Source: Vulcanimicrobiaceae bacterium | Lineage (GTDB): Bacteria > Vulcanimicrobiota > Vulcanimicrobiia > Vulcanimicrobiales > Vulcanimicrobiaceae | DNA length: 56,253 nt | Reading direction: 5' to 3' | Assembly: GCA_039923715.1 (NCBI GenBank) | Contig: JBDTCF010000026.1 | Location: forward strand, 1-56,253 | Shown here: one piece after another, positions 46,008 through 56,000 of the stretch | How the letters are laid out: each line of letters begins with the position of its first letter | Numbering within the stretch: position 1 is the first letter of the stretch | The notes under the pieces: generated by a model | What the model was told of the DNA's origin: nothing | Database searches by the model: none | The model's input: only the letters and a program-made list of their open reading frames with translations | Position numbers and translations under genes: made by a program

Positions 46008-49000
46008 TTAGGCTCCTAGCACGGTGCGGAGGGTGCTAGCGAGCTCCTCGATGCGCTCGTGTACGGCCCCGACGTGCCCGCCGCGCATGGACACGAGGTC
46101 GACGCGTTTGGCTACGGCGCCCCAACCCATGGTCGGGTCGTCAAACATCGTGGTCTGATCTTCGCCCCAGAGAAGCGTTACGGCACCGTCGTAGATCTTC
46201 GGATGGTAGGTAAATGCGGCGACGAGATGCGCGAATGAGCTTTCGGTTTCTCGCGCGCCGCGCCGCTTCTCGAAGGGTTGCGGTTCTTGCACGCCCGCGG
46301 GGCGGTGCGAGCGATTCGCGAGCGAGCGAAGGGCGCGCCAAGCCGCGGGAAGCCCGGCGAACGGACCACTCACGGCCGCGGCGTGAAGCCGAGCGAGGTT
46401 ATAGCAGAAGCGGTCGCGCAGTCGTGGGTTCAGACGCGCGTCTCGACCAAAGCGTCGGATGACTGCGTCGAAGAAAGCGATCTTCTTGCTTGGCATCGGC
46501 GAAGAATTCATCAGAACGAGGGCTTCGACGGTCTCGCCGTCGGAGCGCAAGATGCGGGCGAGTTCGAATGCGACCAGGCCACTCGCGCAGAAACCGCCGA
46601 GACGGTATGGTCCGCGCGGCTGCACGCTGCGAATCCGGGCTGCGTAGTCGGTTGCCATGTCTTCGATCGTCGGCAGCAAGGGTAAACCGGCGGTCGCGTG
46701 CGGTGCGACGGCGTACATTGGTTGATCGGGACCGAGCGCGGTTCCCAGTCGGTGAGCGTAGAGACCCTCGGCGAAGAGATCCCCGTGGAAGAAGAACAAG
46801 GGCGGACGAGAACCGGACCCGTTCAACGTCACGATCGGAACTGCAGCCGTTGCGCGGCCATCGGAGAACGCGTCGATCGTGGCCGAAATCGCGGCAATCG
46901 TTGGCTGCTCGAGCAGCGGGCGAAGACGTAACTCGACGCCCCACTCTTGCTGCACTTGTGCGGCAAGGCGCACGGCGAGCAACGAGTGAAACCCGAGCGC
47001 GAAGATGTCAACGTCGCGATCGATCCGCTCGAGGCCGAGCAGCCGCCCGAGAATCTCGGCAAGGCGCGCCTCCGTCGGGGAGGGCTCAGCGCGGGGCTCC
47101 GCGGCCCCTTGACGAGTGGGATGAGGCAACGCGGAGCGGTCGAGTTTCCCGCTCGAAAGCCGCGGAAGCGTGGGCAGCAGCACGATCGCGGAGGGGATCA
47201 TGAACGCCGGAAGACGCGCGCCGAGCCAGACCCGCAGTTCGTCGACCGTAAGCCCCTCGCGGTCCGCGGTCCGTGGCACGACGTACGCCCAAATCGCTTT
47301 GTCGCCCGACGGCTCGGTCCCAACGATCGTTCGTGCGTCCGCGACGCCGGGGTGGTTCGACAGCACCGCTTCGATTTCGCTCGGTTCGATCCGAAAGCCG
47401 CGGATCTTCACTTGGTCGTCGAGTCGGCCAAGAAATTCCAGGTTCCCATCGGCATGCTGCCGGACGCGATCTCCCGTTCGGTACAACCGTGCGCCGGGAT
47501 CGTCCGAGAAGGGATCGCGGACGAAGCGCTCCGCCGTCAAGCCGGGCAGATTGACGTAGCCGAGCGAGAGTCCGTCGCCGCCCACGCACAGTTCGCCGAC
47601 CATGCCGAGCGATACCGGCTGCAGTTTCGCGTCGAGCACGTATGCGCTAGAGTTGGCGATCGGCCGTCCGATCGGCACACTGTGGCCGATGGCATCCGGC
47701 GACGGAATGACGTAGGCACAACTGAAGGTCGTGTTCTCCGTCGGGCCGTAGCCGTTGATCAAACGGCAATTCGGATATTCTTCCACGAAACGTCTCGCGT
47801 GGAGCGGCGAGACAACGTCGCCGCCGACGAGCAGGCGCCGCACGCTACCGAACGATTGGAAACCTCGTTCGACGGCCTCGCGGAAGACCGCGGCGGCAAG
47901 CCAGAGCGTCGTTACGCTGAAGCCCGCGACCGCTCGGTCAAGCTCCGCTAACGTCAGGATCCCGGGCGGGGCGACGGCCAAGCGTCCGCCGTTCAGCAGA
48001 GCCGCCCAAAGCTCGAACGTCGAGGCGTCGAACGCGAGCGGAGCGTACTGCAGGACGATGTCGTCGGCGCCGAGATTCACGTAGTTCGTGTGGCGCACGA
48101 GACGGGCTATCGCGCGATGCACGACCGTCACGCCTTTCGGGCTGCCCGTCGATCCGGACGTGTACATCACGTAAGCCGGGGCATCCGGCCCGCCAACCTC
48201 GTCCAGGGCGTCGTCGCGTTGAGCGCCGATCGAAGCGGACGCCTCGGCGAGATCGACGATGGTAGCGCCATCTTTTGGCAAGCGATTGAGCGACGTGCGC
48301 TCTGTGAGGATCAGGCTTACGCCCGCGTCCGCGACGATGAACCCGATGCGTTCCCGCGGGAACTCGGGTGCGAGCGGAACGTAGGACGCGCCCGCTTTGA
48401 GAATACCGAGTAGCACGACCGGAACGTCGGGCGAGCGCTCGAGTGCGACGCCAACCGCGGATTGCGGGCCGATGCCAAGGCCGCGTAAATAGCGGGCGAG
48501 CTGATTCGAGCGCCGGTCTAGCTCCGCGTACGTCAGCGTGGCGGCTTCGGCGCTGACCGCGATCGCCTGCGGAGTGCGCGCAACTTGACGCCCGAATATC
48601 CGCTGGACGCTCAGGCCGCGTTCGTACGCGCTCGACTCGCCCGCGCCGAGGGTTATGACGAGTCGCCGCTCGTCCTCACCCATAAGCGATAGCTCCGAGA
48701 GTGGGCTGTGCGGCGCACGAACCACCGAATCCAGCAGCGTCAGAAAATGGTCGAGCATCCGCTCGACGGTCTCGAGCCGATAGAGGTCGGTATTGAACTC
48801 GCACGACACGCGCCAGCCTTCAGGGCGTTCGACCATGAAGAAATTCAGATCGCAAATTGGGCCGGCGGAACGTGACGGAAGGTCGACGAGTTTGAAGCTG
48901 CCATACGTGGCGTTCTGAATGAACGAGCGCTGGTAAACGAAGTTGACCGAAAACAACGCGTTGCGACTCAAATCGCGCTTGGGGTTGACGATCGCTACGA

Positions 49001-50018
49001 GATCCTCGAGCGGGACGTGGCGCTGTTCCAGCGCGTCGGTGACGGAGTCGCGTGCCCGAACGAGCAGGTCGCTAAAGGGCGGATCGCCCTCTACGTCCGT
49101 GCGTAACGCGACCGTGTTGACGAAGGTCCCGACGAGTTGCTCGAAATCGACCTCTTCGCGGCCCGCAACTTGTGTCCCTAACACGATGTCGGTAGCGCCT
49201 GAATAGCGATGAAGGAGCACGAGCAGCGCCGCGTATGCAGTCATGAAGAGCGTACAGTTGTTCGCTCGAGCCAGCTCCGCCAAACCGCCGGAGAGGCGAC
49301 GTTCGAGCAACCGGGAGACGATGTCCCCGTTCGCAGTCTGGATCGGTGGCCGTGGCTTATCGGGAACGATCTCGAAACGCTCGAATCCCTGTAGCATCTT
49401 GCCGACATCACTATCGAACTCCGTCGACGACAGCGACTCCTGTTCCCAGGCCGTGTAGTCGACGTAGGTTGCGGTGAGTTCGGGCAGCGCAGGCGGCCGG
49501 CCGGCGGCGAGGTCGGCGCAGACCTGTCCCATCTCGCGGGCGAGGACCCCGACCGACCACCCGTCGCAGACCGCATGGTGCGCGGTCACCAAGAGCGTCG
49601 AAATACGCGGCCGTACACGAACGTGCGTGACCCGAACGAGCGGCGCGGTGGCCACGTCGAACGTGCGCTGCGCTTCGAGCAGGGCGACCCGATCCGCCTC
49701 GGCGTACGCTTCGTGCTCCGGCAGCGTCGTCAAGTCGATGAGGGGGATGTGAAACGCGACGACCGTCTCGACGACTTGCTGCGGCTCGCCCGCGACGGTC
49801 GTGAAGCGCGTCCGTAGAGGTTGATGGCGTGCGATGATGATATCCCACGCCTGCTCGAGCCGCGCGTGCGGGACGTCGCCTTCGAGACGCCAGCGTACCG
49901 CAACGTTGAGCCCGGGATTGTCGGGATGGAGCTGCGACTCAAACCAAAAGCGCTTTTGCGACTGAGAGCACGGTAACGACGGCGCGTACGGCTCGTCGCG
50001 CACAGGACTGGAGGTCAT
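46008..50018 (-). CDS. non-ribosomal peptide synthetase, C-A-T-TE (terminal module, Val-like specificity by eye)
   Basis: HHAVCDGWS (C); YVMYTSGSTGSPKGV, NGYGPTENTTF, YRTGDRVR and GRLDDQVKIRGFRIE (A); FALGFHSLL (PCP); LFFFHGD...GGFCASGLVAFE...GGH (TE). The ATGA overlap ties it to the upstream synthetase. Confidence 0.97.
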   Translation of the reverse strand: MTSSPVRDEPYAPSLPCSQSQKRFWFESQLHPDNPGLNVAVRWRLEGDVPHARLEQAWDIIIARHQPLRTRFTTVAGEPQQVVETVVAFHIPLIDLTTLPEHEAYAEADRVALLEAQRTFDVATAPLVRVTHVRVRPRISTLLVTAHHAVCDGWSVGVLAREMGQVCADLAAGRPPALPELTATYVDYTAWEQESLSSTEFDSDVGKMLQGFERFEIVPDKPRPPIQTANGDIVSRLLERRLSGGLAELARANNCTLFMTAYAALLVLLHRYSGATDIVLGTQVAGREEVDFEQLVGTFVNTVALRTDVEGDPPFSDLLVRARDSVTDALEQRHVPLEDLVAIVNPKRDLSRNALFSVNFVYQRSFIQNATYGSFKLVDLPSRSAGPICDLNFFMVERPEGWRVSCEFNTDLYRLETVERMLDHFLTLLDSVVRAPHSPLSELSLMGEDERRLVITLGAGESSAYERGLSVQRIFGRQVARTPQAIAVSAEAATLTYAELDRRSNQLARYLRGLGIGPQSAVGVALERSPDVPVVLLGILKAGASYVPLAPEFPRERIGFIVADAGVSLILTERTSLNRLPKDGATIVDLAEASASIGAQRDDALDEVGGPDAPAYVMYTSGSTGSPKGVTVVHRAIARLVRHTNYVNLGADDIVLQYAPLAFDASTFELWAALLNGGRLAVAPPGILTLAELDRAVAGFSVTTLWLAAAVFREAVERGFQSFGSVRRLLVGGDVVSPLHARRFVEEYPNCRLINGYGPTENTTFSCAYVIPSPDAIGHSVPIGRPIANSSAYVLDAKLQPVSLGMVGELCVGGDGLSLGYVNLPGLTAERFVRDPFSDDPGARLYRTGDRVRQHADGNLEFLGRLDDQVKIRGFRIEPSEIEAVLSNHPGVADARTIVGTEPSGDKAIWAYVVPRTADREGLTVDELRVWLGARLPAFMIPSAIVLLPTLPRLSSGKLDRSALPHPTRQGAAEPRAEPSPTEARLAEILGRLLGLERIDRDVDIFALGFHSLLAVRLAAQVQQEWGVELRLRPLLEQPTIAAISATIDAFSDGRATAAVPIVTLNGSGSRPPLFFFHGDLFAEGLYAHRLGTALGPDQPMYAVAPHATAGLPLLPTIEDMATDYAARIRSVQPRGPYRLGGFCASGLVAFELARILRSDGETVEALVLMNSSPMPSKKIAFFDAVIRRFGRDARLNPRLRDRFCYNLARLHAAAVSGPFAGLPAAWRALRSLANRSHRPAGVQEPQPFEKRRGARETESSFAHLVAAFTYHPKIYDGAVTLLWGEDQTTMFDDPTMGWGAVAKRVDLVSMRGGHVGAVHERIEELASTLRTVLGA
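46011..46810 (-). other. domain: type-I thioesterase with Cys at the nucleophile position
   Basis: PLFFFHGD, PYRLGGFCASGLVAFELA (TGC codon at 46587-46589 where the GxSxG Ser is expected) and MRGGHVG near the C-terminus. Confidence 0.8.
46880..47080 (-). other. domain: peptidyl carrier protein (module 2)
   Basis: IFALGFHSLLAV, with the Ser codon at 46983-46985. Confidence 0.85.
47120..48600 (-). other. domain: adenylation (module 2; hand-read code D-A-F-W-L-G-G-T-F, Val code)
   Basis: FDASTFE, TTLWLA, LLVGGD, NGYGPTENTTF, YRTGDRVR and GKLDR. Confidence 0.8.
48700..49970 (-). other. domain: condensation (module 2)
   Basis: SQSQKRFWFESQL, HHAVCDGWS, and downstream motifs to SCEFNTDLY. Confidence 0.85.
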
Positions 50019-53000
50019 GGTGACCTCTGTTCGGCGGCTCGGCGCAGGCCGGCACGTTCGGGTTGCTGCGTGGGCCGCAAGCGCGCGACCGAAGCGGACG
50101 GGACGTCCGAGCGCCGTTTATCCGATGTTCGGGCCAACTCGTCGAGGCGCAGCGCCAATGCGGCGATCGTCGGGTGCCGCAGCAGTTCTTTGGCAGCGAG
50201 ACGAAGGCCGGCCCGGTTCGCCCGTGCCGTGATTTGGAAGAGCTGGATCGAATCGCCGCCGAGCGCGAAGAAGTCGTCGTCGAGTCCGACGCGTTCGAGG
50301 TGGAGAACATCGGCCCAGACCCGCGCGAGTAACAGTTCCGTTGGCGTGACCGCGGCCCGAAAGCGGTCGCTGTCAGCCGTCGGTTCCGGCGCTGGTAGCA
50401 AGCTGCGGTCGACTTTTCCGGCGACCGAAAGCGGCATGCGCTCCAGCTTGGTCCAGACCGATGGAATCATGAAGTCCGGAAGGTGCGCCGCCGCGAGCGC
50501 CCGCAGCTCTGCCGGTGTGCGACCAGGTTCCTCACGGTCGACATAGTAGGCCGCCAGCCGGGGCTCGCCCCCTCGATCCTCACGCAGTACGACCGCGACT
50601 TCGGCCAGCCCGCCTTCTTTTTGAACGACCGTTTCAATTTCGGCCAGTTCGATCCTGAAACCGCGAAGTTTCACTTGACGGTCGAGGCGACCTAAAATCT
50701 GCACGCGTCCATCGCGCGCGATTCGCGCGCGGTCTCCAGTACGGTACATACGGCCGTTACCAAACGGATTGGCGACAAACTTCTCGGCGCTGAGCTGCGC
50801 TCGGTTCACGTAGCCGCGTGCGACCCCGTCCCCGGCGACGTTCAGATGACCCGGAGCGCCGATCGGTACCGGGCGATCGCGGCGATCGAGAACGTAGAAC
50901 TGCGTGTTCGCTATCGGCGTCCCGACGGCAATCGGCTCGTCGCCGATTTCGATCTTTCCGCACGACGACCAAATCGTCGTCTCGGTCGGGCCGTAGACGT
51001 TCCAGAGGGTCCCGCCGCCGGCGAGCAGCCGGTTCGCAAGCTCGCGCGTGAGCGTTTCGCCGCCGCAGATCATTGTGAACCCCGCATGCGACTGAAAGCC
51101 GGCAGCGAGCAGCAGCTGCCAGAGCGCCGGAGTGGCCTGCATCGCCGTCGCTCCGAGGGCTCGCGCGCGCCGTGCGAGGGCGAACGCATCGGAAGTCTCT
51201 TCGCGGGATGCGATCGCGACGGTCGCACCGACGACCAGCGGCAGGAACAACTCGAGCGCGGCGATGTCGAACGAAACGGTCGTCACGGCCAGCAGAAGGT
51301 CGTCCCTACCAAAACCGGGCGTCCGCGACATTGACGTCAGCAGGTTAACGACCGAGCGGTGCGCGATCTCGACCCCTTTCGGCTCGCCGGTCGAGCCGGA
51401 GGTGTAGATGACGTAGGCCGCGTCGTCGCCCGACCGAGCGACGGCAGGCGCCTGCGAAGATGCAGCGCCAAGCGCTTGGGCGGCTTCACTCACGTCGATC
51501 CGTTCGACTGTGCCGGACGCGATCGCGGCGTCGGCCGTGCCGTCGTCGATGAGCGCGGCGACGCCGGCATCGTCGAGGATACGGCGTAGCCGCGCGACCG
51601 GATGGGCGGTGTCGAGCGGCAGGTAACTACACCCGGCGGCGAGTGTTGCCAGCATGGCGACCAGAAGGTTGGGCGTGCGGTCGACGCAGATCGCAATGCG
51701 CCGGCCGGCCCCGACGCGCTCGAGCAGGTGGTTCGCCATCTGATTGACGCGTCGTTCCAAAGCGGCAAACGTCAGCGTCTCGTCGCCGAAACGCACGGCG
51801 ACGGCATCCGGGTTGGCCGCGGCGCTCGCGCGGAACAGCTCGTGCACCGTCTGCGCGACCGGATAGGCGGCGGCGGTGGCGTTGAGGCCCGCGAGCAGTT
51901 GACGCTCGTCGTCCGGAAGGAAATCAACGCCGGCCACGGGCTGCGAGGCGTCCTGGCCGATTCGTTCGAGGAGCGTACGGAAGTAGCCGAGCCACCGCTC
52001 GATCGTTGAGGCGTCGAAAAGATCGGCGTTGTAGTCGCAATCGAGGCGCAGGCCGTCACGCGACTCGACGACGTTGAGAAAGAGATCGAAGTTTACGAAT
52101 GCCTTCGGATTCGGCTCGACCCGCGCTTGCAGGGGGCCAAAGTCCAAGTCTTCGGCCAGGCGTTCCAGATTGAATTGAATCTCCGCAATTGGGACGCGGT
52201 TGTTCTCGCGCTGCACGGCTAAGCTGCGAACGAGGGTGCCGAGCGTGTATTCTTGGTGCTCGTACGCGTCGATGACTTGATGCTTGAGGCTGGATAAGAG
52301 GTCGCGAAGCGTGGTCTCGGACGTTCGCCGAGCGCGGATCGGCAAGAAATCCACGCAGTGGCCGACGAGCGTATCGCCGCCGAGGAGCGCCTGTCCGGCG
52401 GCCGGCACGCCGACGACGACGTCGTCCCGATCGGCAAGGCGTCCGACGAGCACGTCGAACGCCGCCAGCAGCGTCACGAACAGCGTACAACCGTGTCGCG
52501 CGCCCGCTTGTTTGATCGCGCGGGAAGCGTCGTGGCCGACGAATGCGGTCCGGGTCGCTCCCCGGTACGTCCTCGTCGCCGGTCGCGGCCGGTCCGTCGG
52601 TAGGTCGAGGACCGTCGGCAGATCTTCGAACTGCGCGAGCCAATAGGACTCGACCTTAGCACGCTCCTCGGGATCGCGCGCGGCTTGGCGGCGCGCGTAG
52701 TCCGCGAACGCAAGCGCTTCGGGCAACTGCGGCTCCTGCTGCTTGGAAAGCGCGGAATAGGTTTGCGCCAGTTCGGAGAGGATCACGTTCATCGACCACC
52801 CGTCGCAGACGATGTGGTGCGCCGTGAAGACGAAGGCGTGTTCGTCGAGGGTGAGCCGAACCAGGTGTCCGCGCACGAGCGGCCCGTTGCTTAGGTCGAA
52901 CGCAGTTCGAGCATCCTCGGCGACGATCGCGCAGAAGTCCGCCTCCCGTTGGGAGGTCGAACCGCCGGAAAGATCCGTCCGTGGATACGCGCGCGGGCTG

Positions 53001-56000
53001 GGGGACGCGAAGTGCATCATTTCGCCGGTCGTGCCGAAAGCGGCGCGCAAGGCATCGTGTCGGGCGATGACACGTTCCCACGCGGTCTGAAATGAGGACT
53101 CATCGAGCGATCCGCGCAGACGGAGCGTAACCGACTCGTTGAAGGCGCACGAGGCGTCGTCGCCAACCTGCGCCGAAAGCCAAATCTCGGTTTGTTCCTC
53201 CGTCAGCGCGACCGAGGCGAGGTCCGTCCGCGGAACGATTACCGGAAGGGCCGGCGCTCGCGCAACGAACACGCCGGCGCTCTGCAACTCGTCGAGGCTC
53301 TCCGAAAAAGCGGCCACGATCGCGTCGACATCGGCATCGTCGTGCTCGGTGCCCAAGAAACTCGGGAAGCCTTCCTGCACGTAGATGCCGCGCAGGCGGA
53401 GGTGATAGTAGAGCAGGCTCGCGAGGCGGTCCTCGGTAGCGAAGTTCAGATAAAAGAGGCTGCCGTAGGTTTCGATGCGCGAGACGATGCCGCGTCGTTC
53501 GAGCTGTGCGTTGAGGCGTTCGACGAGTCCGGCGGTGCGGCGTCCAAGCGCGACTTGGAGTTTCGGTCCCTCGGCTTTTACCCGCTGCAGCACGGCGAGC
53601 ACGGCCGCCATGGCAAGAGGGTGGCGCACGAACGTACCGGCGATGAACGTCGGCGCGACTTGTGGGAAGGAATCGTCTCCGTATTGCCACGCGCCGCCAT
53701 CGAGCGCGTCCATGAACCGGGCCTTCCCGGCGAGAATGCCGATCGGAAGACCGCCGCCGACGACTTTGCCGTAGGTCGCGAGGTCGGCCTTGATGCCGAA
53801 GATCGCCTGCATGCCGCCCGGATGCATGCGAAACCCCGTGACGACCTCGTCGAAAACGAGCGCGGCGCCAGAAGCTTCGGTGATCCGACGCAATTCGAGC
53901 AGAAAGTCTTTTGGCGCGAGCCCGGGATGCCGGCTTTGGACCGACTCGACGACCACGGCCGCCAGCTCGTCCCGGTGTTCGCGCACCCAGACCAAACTCT
54001 CATCGGCTCCGTACGGCAGGACCGTAATGTTCGCGACGGCCTCGGCGGGAATGCCGAGCGCAACGGGGAGCGAGCGATTCGACGTTCGTGAGCCCTTCAC
54101 GAGGACTTCATCGAACTGCCCGTGATACGCCCCTTCGAAGATGACGACGCGGTCTCGGTTGGTCACCGTCCGCGCGACGCGCAGGGCCGCCATTACGGCC
54201 TCGGAGCCGGTGTTGCAGAAGGTGATTCGCTCGTTGCCGGTCAGTTCACAAAAGAGTTCCGCCGCTTCGCCGGCGAGCTGGGTCTGCGGCCCGATCGCAA
54301 ATCCGGTGCGTAGCTGTTCGGAAACGGCGTCGACGACGAAGTCGGGTACGTGTCCGAACGCCGTCTGACCGAAACCGTTGAGCAAGTCGAGGTACTCGTT
54401 GCCGTCGGCATCCCAGATGCGCGACCCCTTCGCACGCACGCAGGTGATCGGATAAACCATCTCCTTCCACTCGCTGCGGAATCCGGCGGCGACGCGGGGA
54501 TCGGCCAGCACCTTGCGGTAGCGCTGGGTCAAGCGCTTCGATTCGCCCGTGCGAGCGACGGTGCGCGCGACAAGATCGTCGATGTGCTCGCGTTGCGCGG
54601 GCGTAACGTCTGCTTTTTGCGCCCCGGCGATGCCGAATGCTTCGGCCGGCGAAGCGGCCGCGGGCCGGCAAGCCTCCACCGCGGGAGCCGCCGGTTCTAG
54701 CGTCGGCGCAGCACGTTCGAGCGCCGGCGCAGCGGACTCGATCCCGAACGCCTTGAGCGTTTGTAACTGCTCGCGCAGCAGGCCCTGCAGCGCCTGCAGT
54801 TGCTCGCGCATCAGGCCTTCAACCGCCTCCGGAAGCGGCGCGGACGCGAGGGGTGCGCGCGGCGGAATTCGCGAGCCGGTTTCGGTGGAAACCGCTTCCG
54901 TCACCGGGCGGGCCGGCATCCGAGCGGCAAGGTGGTCCGCCAGCGCAACGATCGTGGGGAGGTCGCTAAGAAGTTGCCGAAAGCTCGCGCTGACGCCAAA
55001 ACGCAACTGGACTTGCTGGACGAAGCGGCCGAGAAACAACGAGTCGAATCCGAGTTCGAGAAAGGTCGCACGCGGATCCGCATCGGCGAGCCGCTCTCCC
55101 GAGAGTTCCTCCAGCAGCGCGAGCAGTTCGGTACGCGCGCGCGCCGAGGCCGCGGTGGTTTCCACGTGACCGGATTCAACGTCATGATGGTGCATGCTCT
55201 CCGTCCGCGGCGGTGCCGCTACGCTCGAATTGGGTTCGAGCCAGTGGCGTGTGCGCTCGAATGGATACGTCGGGAGGGAAACGCGCGAGCGGACCGTACC
55301 GCGCGCAAGCGCGTCCCAGTCGGGCGTCGCACCGGCGATCCACAAGCGACCCAGCGTCTCGAGCAACCCCTCGAAATCGCCGATCTCGCGCTCGCTGCCG
55401 GGCAACGTGCGAAGGACAATCGCGTCGCCGTTCTTGGCGGCGCCTTGTAACGCGAACGTCGAGAGCGTTGCGCCCGGTCCCACTTCGAGCAGCACATTCA
55501 CGCCGCCGTCCACGAGCGTCTGCAAAGCGTCCGCAAATCGAACCGGGACGCGACAGTGCCGCGCCCAATAGTCCGCACTGGTCGCTTCCGCGTCTTCGAT
55601 CCACGTACCGGTCACTCCCGATACGTACGGTAGCGAGGGTGGCGAGAGTAGCTTCCCCGCGACGCGTCGCGAGAGCGGCGCGAGCACCGGCTCCATCATT
55701 GCCGAATGGAACGCATGCGACGCGTGCAACCGTCGCGAGCTGACGCCCGTTGCGGCGAGGCGCAGCTCCATTTCTTCGATGGCGTCCAGCGTTCCCGAGA
55801 CGACGGCTAGTCGTGGCGCGTTGAGCGCGGCGATGTCTAGGTTGCGCTCCAGCAGCCTGCCGAGCTCGGATTCGCCGGCCCGCACGACCAGCATTGCGCC
55901 TGCCGGGAGGTCCTGCATCAGACGGCCTCGCTCGGCGACGAGCGTAAGCGCGTCTTCGAGCGAGAATACGCCGGCCAAACACGCAGCGACAAATTCCCCG

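Noticed and set aside
46214-47951. Multiple plus-strand ORFs (up to 334 aa) lie antisense to the NRPS genes. Similar ones occur throughout 50017-55743.
   Set aside because: They are antisense to a continuous, motif-rich NRPS/PKS frame and are Arg-rich GC artefacts.
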